Source of the DNA: a virus
Lineage: Duplodnaviria > Heunggongvirae > Uroviricota > Caudoviricetes
Length of the DNA stretch: 10,267 nt
Virus record (IMG/VR): IMGVR_UViG_2660238499_000007
Coordinates: 1-10,267 of that record
Reading direction: 5' to 3' (one strand)
The notes under the pieces were generated by a model. That model was not told the origin of the DNA. It made no database searches and saw nothing but the letters and a program-made list of their open reading frames with translations. Shown one piece after another: positions 1-7,334 of this stretch. Position 1 is the first letter of the stretch. Each line of letters starts with the position of its first letter. The position numbers and the translations under genes were made by a program.

Positions 1-204
1 TCACAAACTCACAAACCAGCAATGAGCCATCACAGGGGGGGGTAGCGACGAGTCGATGACCAGCAGCGCATCTTTCATAATGCCGAAGCGATAGATTGTC
101 TCTGACGCTTTCATGTAGTAGGTAGCATACGGTTTGTGGATGAATCTCTCATCAAGCGACAGGCGGTTCTCAACGTAATCAGCAGCCGGGCTCGGTAATC
201 CCAT
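1..204 (-). CDS. UmuD'-like (LexA/peptidase S24 family) N-terminal fragment; probably frameshifted or a pseudogene at the window edge
   Basis: 67-aa ORF MGLPSPAADYVENRLSLDERFIHKPYATYYMKAS...LLVIDSS aligns with E. coli UmuD from about residue 25 (GFPSPAADYVEQRIDLNQLL..ATYFVKAS..DLLIVDSA), i.e. it starts where UmuD is cleaved to UmuD'. GGAGG lies 6-8 nt upstream of ATG(204) and a LexA box sits just beyond. The frame terminates right after a G8 run (35-42); one alternative frame stays open to position 1. Confidence 0.55.
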   Translation of the reverse strand: MGLPSPAADYVENRLSLDERFIHKPYATYYMKASETIYRFGIMKDALLVIDSSLPPPVMAHCWFVSL

Positions 205-221
205 AACTCACCTCCGATAGT

Positions 222-241
222 TACTGTATATGAACACAGCA
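222..241. promoter_or_regulatory. LexA (SOS) box-like palindrome upstream of the umuD'-like ORF
   Basis: TACTGTATATGAACACAGCA has CTG-N10-CAG with an AT-rich centre, close to the consensus TACTGTATATATATACAGTA; it sits in the promoter position of the minus-strand ORF. Confidence 0.55.
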
Positions 242-404
242 TTGTCGATCGGTGGTGTCGATCAATAGAGATTTGAGTGATAAACTCAGATAATTACGGA
301 AACCTCTGATTGCTCAGCGTTTAGTTACACGTGCTATCTGTTATGCAAGTAGGGGTATTATCTTTTATTAATGCACACTAACTTTGTGCATATACGGAAA
401 TTAT

Positions 405-1553
405 ATGAATAAGATTGATGGTGGCAAGGTTCTTTCGGTCGAGGGTGTGAGGGGGTTGGCCTGCTTGATGGTAGTGCTTTCTCATCTATCAATAATTTTT
501 TTCCCTTACCTGCATACTGGAGACACAAAGATAATTAAGTCTTCTTTTGATGCGGTGACAAGAGATTTACCAATAGGCTTCACTTACTCTGGAACTTCAG
601 CTGTATATATATTCTTTGTATTAAGCGGATATATACTTACAAGTGTTATTTTCAGGTCTGGTTGTATATCTAAGAAGTCCGCAAAGATGCTGCTAGAAAG
701 GTATGTAAGATTATTAATACCAGTTTCGGCATCGATTATTATTTGCGCAATTGTTGTAAATTACTTCCCTTTCAATAAGTATTGGGTTCCGTGGATTTGG
801 TCATTGGGTAAAGATGGTGATTTATCTGTGATAGGAGTTTTAAAAAACTCACTATATGGCTCCATACTCAAAGGTGACTCTTCAATAAATATGGTTACAT
901 GGACTATGCAGGTTGAGTTTTATGGTTCTCTCCTTGTCTTTTTGATATCTCCTATTTCTATCTTTATTAAAAAAGCACCGCTAATATTATCTTTAATCGC
1001 AGTTTTAATCATAATTAACTTTAATGATAAAAATGCATATGGGTACGCATCATTCCTTTTTGGTATGGCTATATGTTTATGCGGATCATATAAGAATAAG
1101 GTTATTGGATATGCAATTCTTATTGCATCACTTTACTTGGCTGGATTTAAATATAATCATTATCTTTACGCATGGTTAAAAGAATTTTCATTATCTATTA
1201 ACAGCATTGAGAAAATAAATTTATACTTGCTTTTCAATCTATTATCTGGAATTGGAGTGGTATATTCCCTATGTAAGATTGGGGTTATGTCATGGTTTTC
1301 TGAATCAAAAATCATGGTCTTTTTAGGAAAGTTATCATTCTCGGCATACTTAATTCAAATGCCTGTATTTTATTGCTTATCAGGGCCAGTTTATCATGAA
1401 TCAAGGAAAATCATGAGCGACTCCAGCGCATGTTTATCAGCTGTTTTAATATCAGTGGTGATGCTTTATGCATGTTCTTACATCTTTTATTTGCTCATCG
1501 ACAGAAAAAGCATCGAGGTTTCCCATAGATTTGCCGCGATCTTTTCAAAGTAA
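405..1553 (+). CDS. Integral-membrane acyltransferase family 3 protein, O-antigen acetyltransferase (Oac/OafA)-like, probable serotype-conversion gene
   Basis: 382 aa from ATG 405 (the track uses an upstream in-frame TTG at 384). N-terminal motif VLSVEGVRGLACLMVVLSHLS matches the family-3 R-x10-H signature; the protein is very hydrophobic with many predicted TM segments; the gene is strongly AT-rich relative to its neighbours and sits next to a tailspike gene as in seroconverting P22/Sf6-type phages. Confidence 0.8.
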   Translation: MNKIDGGKVLSVEGVRGLACLMVVLSHLSIIFFPYLHTGDTKIIKSSFDAVTRDLPIGFTYSGTSAVYIFFVLSGYILTSVIFRSGCISKKSAKMLLERYVRLLIPVSASIIICAIVVNYFPFNKYWVPWIWSLGKDGDLSVIGVLKNSLYGSILKGDSSINMVTWTMQVEFYGSLLVFLISPISIFIKKAPLILSLIAVLIIINFNDKNAYGYASFLFGMAICLCGSYKNKVIGYAILIASLYLAGFKYNHYLYAWLKEFSLSINSIEKINLYLLFNLLSGIGVVYSLCKIGVMSWFSESKIMVFLGKLSFSAYLIQMPVFYCLSGPVYHESRKIMSDSSACLSAVLISVVMLYACSYIFYLLIDRKSIEVSHRFAAIFSK

Positions 1554-1560
1554 AATTAGA

Positions 1561-1582
1561 AGCCATGCGTTAGCGCATGGCT
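1561..1582. terminator. Bidirectional intrinsic terminator between convergent acyltransferase and tailspike genes
   Basis: 9-bp perfect stem AGCCATGCG/CGCATGGCT with a 4-nt loop, flanked by T-rich sequence on the tailspike strand (TCTAATTTTA) and CTTGACCTTT on the plus strand. Confidence 0.6.
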
Positions 1583-1588
1583 TGACCT

Positions 1589-3835
1589 TTAGTAAGAGAT
1601 AGGTATTTCTCCTGTAGAGAAGTTGCCTGCTGCACCTTCCCTGCTGCATAAAGCGAACTTCTTATCAACCACATCCCTTGAGTCTGTAGCAATAATTTCA
1701 TGGCAAATATTATTTGCAGATCTGTGCACGAATGTATTTACAACAGGCTTACTGGACGATGTTCCTTTGGCCCTCGTTCCGTCTATAAGGCAATCAGACA
1801 CCGACATAAGTCCTGAAACTAGGTTATTGCTTGAATCCCAATCTATCAACGACTTATCAAAATACACGCTTCCTAACATATAGGTTGTCCCTCCGGAGTA
1901 ACCAACAAACCTGCGCAGCACTCCACCTTCCAGCCTAATATAGCTGCGAGACATTCCAGACGTAAAGTTCATGAAAGTTATGTCCATATTGCTCTCAAGA
2001 CCATAAAGGCATGATGCATACTCATTCAGGTATCCAATATAAGCTAAAACCTTACAACCAATTGATTTCGCAGGTGTCAGTTTGACTATTGATATTTCTC
2101 TGGAAGTTGAATCATGGTAAGAGATGGCCCACTCAAATCTTGCATTTTTACCATTAAAGGTGCTTCCGGAGAAATCTATAACGCCAGGCATAATGAAATC
2201 ACGAATAATGCTATTTTGTGTCTTAAAATTATTTTTAAATGAAACAATGTTAAGTGTGACTGCGTCAGGCCAGTAGATATTTGTAGATATAATTACATTT
2301 TTTGGCAGATTTAATGCTCTTGGCTGAACAGGGCTACCAGTGGAAACAACATTATCACACCTGCATGTGAAGAGATCTACAAGCCCAGTTTTGTCCGATG
2401 ATATTCTTACCGAACCCCCTTTGACAATAAAATCCCCCTTATGCTCTCCATAGTCAGTGCGAATCCCAAAGGGACCAATATCTGAGTTTATAATCTGCGT
2501 TGATTCATCAAAAGCGCCAGTACCAAAAGCCGCGCCATTAATTATCCTGCAATTGTCTATCAAAACCTTAGACGATCCATAATGAAGATTGAAGCTATCA
2601 ACAGTGCAATCTCTTACCACAGTGTCACGGCTATAATTACCATCAATAGAACGCCACCCTTTCCCAACAACAGTGCTAAAAAAAGAATGCTTCAGAGTAA
2701 ACTCTAGAGTCAATGTGTAGCGAGATTCAGAATCAGGTTGTGTCATCCCCGATGAGCACAAATACCAATTAACACCGTATGTATTACTACTACCAAAAAT
2801 TGCAGAGTTGATGGGTATTACGCCTAAGGTATTATCATAATTAACCCTTACATCAACCATAGACCTTTTGATATCAACAGCCGTGCCAGTAAACGTCCCT
2901 GATAACTTAGGCAATACAGTGACAGTCCTTCGCACAGGCAGCTTATATAAAGTACAGATAAGTGAAGAGTTGTATGTATTCTTAAATGTATACGCTAAAT
3001 CACTTCCTTTGGTTAGTAGGTTAACTTCACCTTTGTATTTTGGCGTGAAAGTGCTGCCAAGCAATCGGTACAAGTCAATTTCAGTACCAGACATCTTAAC
3101 TAAGGAATTATCCCATCCAGTGGTTGACTCTGTAAATGTTAGCGCGGAAGTTAGCTCGTTTAATGGATATGCTGATGGTGTAAAATCTTTAATGTATGTA
3201 GATGCGTCTCTCTCATCAGCATAAACAATCTTACCGCCAGCCAGGTTGAACGTGCAATTGCTGAGATCAAAATCTCCGTATAACGTTGTCTCTTTGTCGA
3301 TAGTGAAAGTCAGTGGCATAGTTGAGTAGATTTTCACTGGAGTTCCTTTAAACTCAGCAAAAACAGAATTCAACTGATCGCTATTTCTTTCACCATCAGC
3401 AGCAGCTATATCGTATACAGAAAGCCTGACCTCTAACCCCCCTATTATTTTGTAACCGTCTGGCGAACTAATTTCATCCATGAACCTTTGCTCAAACTGG
3501 TCAGGGTCATACTTCAGCACATTCGGAAAATAGAACTGCTGAGAACCGTACGCATCGTATACAGCCATAGAATGGCCTTGCACAGTTACGAATTTGGCAA
3601 TCTGTCCGTTATATACAGGATACCCGCCAGCGTTAATGATGATTGGCTGTGCAACAGGAACGTGAGAACCGTCTTCGTTTTCCACATAAACCTGAATCTG
3701 GTTTTCAGGATTTACCGGGTCAGTGCCAATTTTACCGATATAAATTTTGCCATTGGCTACGGCTTTAAAAGAACGAGCCATAGTGAAGAGTTGCGAAGGC
3801 ATGCTTACCACAACATTTGCGGTGATATCTGACAT
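1589..3835 (-). CDS. P22-type tailspike protein (gp9 family) with conserved head-binding N-terminal domain and divergent receptor-binding/enzymatic body
   Basis: 748 aa from ATG at 3835 (CTGGAGCAATGAAATG, GGAG RBS); the track ORF starts 16 codons upstream. The first ~120 aa ([56 protein letters not shown]...[17 protein letters not shown]...[10 protein letters not shown]) match the P22 gp9 head-binding domain as recalled; the rest is Ser/Thr/Gly/Asn-rich as in beta-helix tailspikes but not recognisably P22, Sf6 or HK620. Confidence 0.9.
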   Translation of the reverse strand: MSDITANVVVSMPSQLFTMARSFKAVANGKIYIGKIGTDPVNPENQIQVYVENEDGSHVPVAQPIIINAGGYPVYNGQIAKFVTVQGHSMAVYDAYGSQQFYFPNVLKYDPDQFEQRFMDEISSPDGYKIIGGLEVRLSVYDIAAADGERNSDQLNSVFAEFKGTPVKIYSTMPLTFTIDKETTLYGDFDLSNCTFNLAGGKIVYADERDASTYIKDFTPSAYPLNELTSALTFTESTTGWDNSLVKMSGTEIDLYRLLGSTFTPKYKGEVNLLTKGSDLAYTFKNTYNSSLICTLYKLPVRRTVTVLPKLSGTFTGTAVDIKRSMVDVRVNYDNTLGVIPINSAIFGSSNTYGVNWYLCSSGMTQPDSESRYTLTLEFTLKHSFFSTVVGKGWRSIDGNYSRDTVVRDCTVDSFNLHYGSSKVLIDNCRIINGAAFGTGAFDESTQIINSDIGPFGIRTDYGEHKGDFIVKGGSVRISSDKTGLVDLFTCRCDNVVSTGSPVQPRALNLPKNVIISTNIYWPDAVTLNIVSFKNNFKTQNSIIRDFIMPGVIDFSGSTFNGKNARFEWAISYHDSTSREISIVKLTPAKSIGCKVLAYIGYLNEYASCLYGLESNMDITFMNFTSGMSRSYIRLEGGVLRRFVGYSGGTTYMLGSVYFDKSLIDWDSSNNLVSGLMSVSDCLIDGTRAKGTSSSKPVVNTFVHRSANNICHEIIATDSRDVVDKKFALCSREGAAGNFSTGEIPISY

Positions 3836-3956
3836 TTCATTGCTCCAGACGAATGATATGATGCAACCATGATGTGATTGCATACCGAAATGGTACTATT
3901 GAGTATTTATCCAGTAGGTTACGATGCCATTCCACCCAACTGGTGAGGCATCAAGG
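3836..3956. promoter_or_regulatory. Divergent intergenic control region between tailspike and mnt; possible Mnt operator
   Basis: 121-bp spacer between divergent starts. It contains TCCACCCAACTGGTGAGG (about 3931-3948), an imperfect inverted repeat (CACC...GGTG) reminiscent of the P22 Omnt core (GGTCCACGGTGGACC). Promoter hexamers not assigned with confidence. Confidence 0.3.
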
Positions 3957-4217
3957 ATGTACAGCAAATACGACGAGGCGCAGTTTCACTTGAGACTTCC
4001 GCATGAACTTCACGCGAAAATTAAACAGCGTGCGAAGATGAATAACAGGTCGCTGAACTCAGAGATAATTGCAGCGATTGAAGAATCATTGACTAAACAA
4101 AGCTCTGCATCAGTTTACATTGACGATGCAGAGCGTATGGCAGAACAACAATCCGATATGGTAAAGAAAATTGTCTTTGATACGCTCAAAGAGCTATATA
4201 AAAAAGACAGCAGCTAA
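3957..4217 (+). CDS. mnt: Mnt-like ribbon-helix-helix repressor (Arc/Mnt family)
   Basis: 86 aa from ATG 3957 (AGGA RBS; the track ORF begins at an upstream ATG 3924). FHLRLPHELHAKIKQRAKMNNRSLNSEII..IEESL and the C-terminal ERMAEQQSDMVKKIVFDTLKELYKK closely resemble P22 Mnt (FNFRMPMEVREKLKFRAEANGRSMNSELLQIV...ERLADEQSELVKKMVFDTLKDLYKK) as recalled. Confidence 0.8.
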   Translation: MYSKYDEAQFHLRLPHELHAKIKQRAKMNNRSLNSEIIAAIEESLTKQSSASVYIDDAERMAEQQSDMVKKIVFDTLKELYKKDSS

Positions 4218-4224
4218 CTATCAG

Positions 4225-4728
4225 TTACGGAGGATTCCCGATAGGGGGTAAGGGGGTATTTGTATTTATTGTCTTTTGTATATTGTCTTTTGTGTTTGAC
4301 TGATTCGGTAAATTGCTTTTTACCGATTTGGTGAAGGTTTGTTTTACCGAATTGGTAAATGTTTTACCGAATCCGTTAACTTTCGTTTTCCACTCGGAAA
4401 TGTTTGTATTCATACCAACTTGACGCCCCACCTGAATGAGAACTCCCATTCTGATAAGCTCGTTTTTGGCGGTAGAGCATTTGGTTGGTGCCATGCCAGT
4501 GAGTTCAGCGAACTGTTCGTTTCCGATCCAATCTATTTTTTTGTTGTAACCGTATGTCTTGCGCCACACAGCCATAACAATCAGTAACTGATGTAGAGTA
4601 AGTCCAGAAAGCATGGCGGCTTCTAACAGTGTGTTTGCAGTCCGAGTGTAGCCATCTTCGAGTTCTGCCACGCGATGCTCCACGACCTCCAGTTGAGGCC
4701 TGTAATCAGCTAACTTAACGACGCCCAT
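4225..4728 (-). CDS. Lambda-O-like replication initiator, N-terminal iteron-binding domain only (truncated, C-terminal domain absent)
   Basis: 167 aa; residues 20-110 (AELEDGYTRTANTLLEA...LIVMAVWRKTYGYNKKIDWIGNEQFAELTGMAPTKCSTAKNELIRMGVLIQ...GMNTNISEW) parallel lambda O N-terminus (ADLDDGYARLSNMLLEA...LAILRKTYGWNKPMDRITDSQLSEITKLPVKRCNEAKLELVRMNIIKQ...GPNKNISEW). AGGAG RBS before ATG 4728. The ORF runs through the iteron and AT-rich region and stops at 4225, 7 bp from the mnt stop; lambda O is about 299 aa. Confidence 0.75.
   Translation of the reverse strand: MGVVKLADYRPQLEVVEHRVAELEDGYTRTANTLLEAAMLSGLTLHQLLIVMAVWRKTYGYNKKIDWIGNEQFAELTGMAPTKCSTAKNELIRMGVLIQVGRQVGMNTNISEWKTKVNGFGKTFTNSVKQTFTKSVKSNLPNQSNTKDNIQKTINTNTPLPPIGNPP
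4300..4381. repeat. ori-type iterons (four ~18-bp repeats) followed by AT-rich tract, embedded in the O-like gene
   Basis: Four copies of TTTACCGAAT-NN-GGTAAA-like repeats at about 22-bp spacing (ATTCGGTAAATTG; TTTACCGATTTGGTGAA; TTTACCGAATTGGTAAA, a perfect palindrome; TTTACCGAATCCGTTAA), mirrored in the protein as KTFTNSVKQTFTKSVK. An AT-rich AAAGACAATA-repeat stretch lies immediately 3' on the coding strand (about 4255-4300), matching lambda ori organisation. Confidence 0.7.
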
Positions 4729-4876
4729 GTTTCACTCCTGCTTTGGCTAGTCTGTAAACACCAACAAGGCGCTCTGCGAACGCCCTGTTATTTGCTGCGG
4801 CTACCACTAATCCCTCAGGTGAATCAGGGTGTCGAATCTCTTCTTTTTCCTGGTATTTCTTACGACGTTTTGTCAT
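4715..4876 (-). CDS. Small basic hypothetical protein (53 aa) between cII and the O-like gene
   Basis: ATG at 4876 preceded by AGGAG (CTACAGGAGTAATTATG); translation MTKRRKKYQEKEEIRHPDSPEGLVVAAANNRAFAERLVGVYRLAKAGVKHGRR; its stop overlaps the O-like start by about 14 nt. Below the ORF-track size cutoff; no family recognised. Confidence 0.35.
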   Translation of the reverse strand: MTKRRKKYQEKEEIRHPDSPEGLVVAAANNRAFAERLVGVYRLAKAGVKHGRR

Positions 4877-4908
4877 AATTACTCCTGTAGATTGATCCAG
4901 TAATTCCC

Positions 4909-5205
4909 TCAGAATTGCATATCAATTTGCTTAAAATCCTCGGTGGCGGCCGGGGATTTTTTCTTTGTGATTCCATCCAATGCATACTTAAAAGCCCTGC
5001 TAATCGGACTGATGTCTGATGCCATTCCGAAAGCACACAAGACCGAAGCAATAAACCTCCAGTCCGTTCTGCTTATCTTCGATTCATGACAGCCAATCAT
5101 CTTTGCCAGACCGCGCTGGGTAAGCGTTGACAGGTTGATGAGTAAATCAGTTTCAGCGCGATCAATTTCTCGCTGTGTTGGCTTGCTATAACTTGCTTGT
5201 GTCAT
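4909..5205 (-). CDS. cII: CII-family transcriptional activator (lysogeny establishment)
   Basis: 98 aa; the central HTH and C-terminus (..ISR.....L..G......KKSPAATEDFKQIDMQF) align with lambda CII (..KSQISRWKRDW....NKKRPAATERSEQIQMEF) at roughly 35-40 percent identity. It sits downstream of cro on the pR strand as in lambda. Confidence 0.8.
   Translation of the reverse strand: MTQASYSKPTQREIDRAETDLLINLSTLTQRGLAKMIGCHESKISRTDWRFIASVLCAFGMASDISPISRAFKYALDGITKKKSPAATEDFKQIDMQF
5183..5196 (+). promoter_or_regulatory. pRE-like CII-binding direct repeat (TTGC-N6-TTGC) overlapping the 5' end of cII, oriented toward cI
   Basis: TTGCTATAACTTGC on the plus strand inside the first codons of cII, the position and orientation of lambda pRE -35 (TTGC-N6-TTGC). 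Confidence 0.45.
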
Positions 5206-5289
5206 TTGTTAATTTTCCAATAGTGAATAGTTAGTTGAAAGGTATGCGTGGAAACGCATATGGCCTTAGTTGGTCAGATATCTTGGGGC

Positions 5290-5336
5290 TCGCTTTGTCA
5301 GCGACGTAGGACGAATGTCCATTGTGAAAAGAGCGG
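5290..5336 (-). promoter_or_regulatory. nutR-like site (boxA-like plus boxB hairpin) between cro and cII
   Basis: On the pR-transcribed strand: CGCTCTTTTCACA (boxA-like, about 5325-5337) followed by the hairpin TCGCTGACAAAGCGA (about 5290-5304), which resembles the P22-type boxB GCGCUGACAAAGCGC rather than lambda boxB GCCCUGAAGAAGGGC. Confidence 0.5.
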
Positions 5337-5342
5337 TGTTAC

Positions 5343-5543
5343 TTATGCAGTTGTTTTTTTGTTACTTGGGAAGGGCTTTATTTCTTCCGCATAAACGCTT
5401 CCATCAGCGTTTATAGTTAAAAAAATCTTTCGGCCTGCATGAATGGCCTTGTTAATCGCGCTTTGATATACGCCGAGATCTTTAGCCGTCTTGGTTTGCC
5501 CAAAGCGTATTGCATAATCTTTCAGGGTTATGCGTTGTTCCAT
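5343..5543 (-). CDS. cro: Cro repressor, lambda-type
   Basis: 66 aa [66 protein letters not shown], essentially lambda Cro with about two conservative substitutions versus my recall; AGGAGG RBS before the ATG. Confidence 0.95.
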   Translation of the reverse strand: MEQRITLKDYAIRFGQTKTAKDLGVYQSAINKAIHAGRKIFLTINADGSVYAEEIKPFPSNKKTTA

Positions 5544-5569
5544 ACAACCTCCTTAGTACAGGCAACCAC

Positions 5570-5633
5570 TATCACCGCTAGAGGTAAAATAGCCAACACG
5601 CACGGTGTTAGAAGTTTATCCCTTGCGGTGATA
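5570..5633. promoter_or_regulatory. Lambda-type right operator OR1-OR2-OR3 with divergent pR (toward cro) and pRM (toward cI)
   Basis: OR1 TATCACCGCTAGAGGTA (5570-5586, one G-to-A change versus lambda), OR2 CAACACGCACGGTGTTA (5594-5610, lambda wild type), OR3 TATCCCTTGCGGTGATA (5617-5633), placed between divergent cro and cI exactly as in lambda. Confidence 0.9.
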
Positions 5634-5640
5634 GATTTAA

Positions 5641-6357
<717 letters not shown>

Positions 6358-6388
6358 TTGTTTTATTTTTCACGTAATAGGATGATTT

Positions 6389-6730
6389 ATGACACAATTT
6401 CAACTTGCATTAATCGCTAGAGAAGTTGATGGAGAAGTCATCCATCTTCGCACCAAAGACGGATACATCAATGCCACCGCGATGTGCAAGTCTGCGGGGA
6501 AGCTACTTGCTGACTATACACGACTAAAAACAACACAAGATTTTTTTGATGAATTATCACGCGATATGGGGATTCCCATATCGGAGTTAATTCAATCATT
6601 TAAAGGCGGAAGAGCAGAGAATCAAGGGACTTGGGTTCATCCAGACATCGCAATTAATTTAGCTCAGTGGCTATCTCCAAAATTTGCAGTGCAAGTATCG
6701 AGATGGGTGCGTGAGTGGATGTCAGGTTAA
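6389..6730 (+). CDS. KilA-N domain protein (113 aa) in the cI-downstream accessory locus
   Basis: YINATAMCKSAGKLLADYTRLKTTQDFFDELS...GTWVHPDIAINLAQWLSPKFAVQVSRWV matches the KilA-N/APSES-type DNA-binding signature (NATxxCKxxGK ... GTWVHPxxAxxLAxWxSPxF) as I recall it. It occupies the locus lambda uses for rexAB. An in-frame TAA at 6728-6730 separates it from the next ORF. Confidence 0.55.
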   Translation: MTQFQLALIAREVDGEVIHLRTKDGYINATAMCKSAGKLLADYTRLKTTQDFFDELSRDMGIPISELIQSFKGGRAENQGTWVHPDIAINLAQWLSPKFAVQVSRWVREWMSG

Positions 6731-6769
6731 AGAGCGCCTGCCGAACTCCCTATCCACCTTAAGCGGTAT

Positions 6770-7148
6770 ATGACAAACCGAGGCAGAGTTCCTCATACGC
6801 ACTTTTCTATGCTTAATGAACTGACGTTTAACTTGGTTGCGCCACTTGAACAGGCCGGATATACGCTGCCAGAAAAAATGGTCCCTGATATTTCAGAGGG
6901 TAGGGTTTTCTCGCAATGGCTCCGTGACAACCGGGGGGTTGAGCCGAAGACATTCCCAACATATAACCATGAGTACCCAGATGGCCGGACATTCCCGGTA
7001 CGTCTATACCCAAACGAATATTGCAGATTTCAAACAATACTTCAACGAAGTGTGGCTGCCTCAGTACGCTCCTAAATATTTTGCTGAACGAGACCAAAGG
7101 GCATTGACGTTGATTGAGAAAATCATGCTACCTGACCTTGATTCCTAA
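6770..7148 (+). pseudogene. Hypothetical gene downstream of KilA-N, apparently disrupted by a frameshift near 7000-7025 (possible original C-terminal part of the KilA-N protein)
   Basis: The frame opening at 6770 (MTNRGRVPHTHFSMLNELTFNLVAPLEQAGY...YPDGRTFPVRLYPNEY) is the same frame as the KilA-N ORF, separated by one stop. It ends at 7075, but a second frame continues with protein-like sequence (..IADFKQYFNEVWLPQYAPKYFAERDQRALTLIEKIMLPDLDS) to a stop at 7146-7148 that is followed directly by an intrinsic terminator. Confidence 0.4.
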
Positions 7149-7156
7149 ATGTTATT

Positions 7157-7182
7157 CCCGGCCACAGAGCCGGGTTTTCTTT
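7157..7182 (+). terminator. Intrinsic terminator closing the cI-operon accessory region
   Basis: CCCGGC-CACAGA-GCCGGG stem-loop followed by TTTTCTTT. Confidence 0.7.
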
Positions 7183-7334
7183 GCCTCACGATCCCCCTCA
7201 CCCAAGAACACATAACCAATTGTATCTATTTGAAAATAAATAGATACAACTCACTAAACATAGCAGTTCAGATCTCTCACCTACCAAACAATGCACCACT
7301 GCAAAAAATAAATTCATATAAAAAACATACAGAT

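Noticed and set aside
1623-3832. Plus-strand ORFs 1623-1883, 2868-3224 and 3488-3832 inside the tailspike gene
   Set aside because: All are antisense to a confidently identified 748-aa tailspike CDS, lack RBS or promoter context, and have low-complexity compositions typical of shadow ORFs.
4339-4587. 82-aa plus-strand ORF across the iteron region
   Set aside because: Antisense to the O-like gene whose homology is clear; no RBS.
4860-5051. 63-aa minus-strand ORF overlapping cII in another frame
   Set aside because: Overlaps the recognisable cII reading frame; the product is Pro/Arg/Ser-rich out-of-frame sequence.
5244-5259. Hairpin ATGCGT-GGAA-ACGCAT upstream of cII as an intrinsic tR1 terminator
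   Set aside because: No U-tract on the pR-transcribed strand; lambda tR1 is Rho-dependent, so the palindrome is noted but not called a terminator.
6990-7030. Programmed ribosomal frameshift in the KilA-downstream ORF
   Set aside because: No slippery heptamer or downstream structure evident at the frame change; mutation or sequencing error is more parsimonious.
6828-7097. 89-aa minus-strand ORF opposite the KilA-downstream region
   Set aside because: Antisense to more protein-like plus-strand frames that end at a terminator; no start context.
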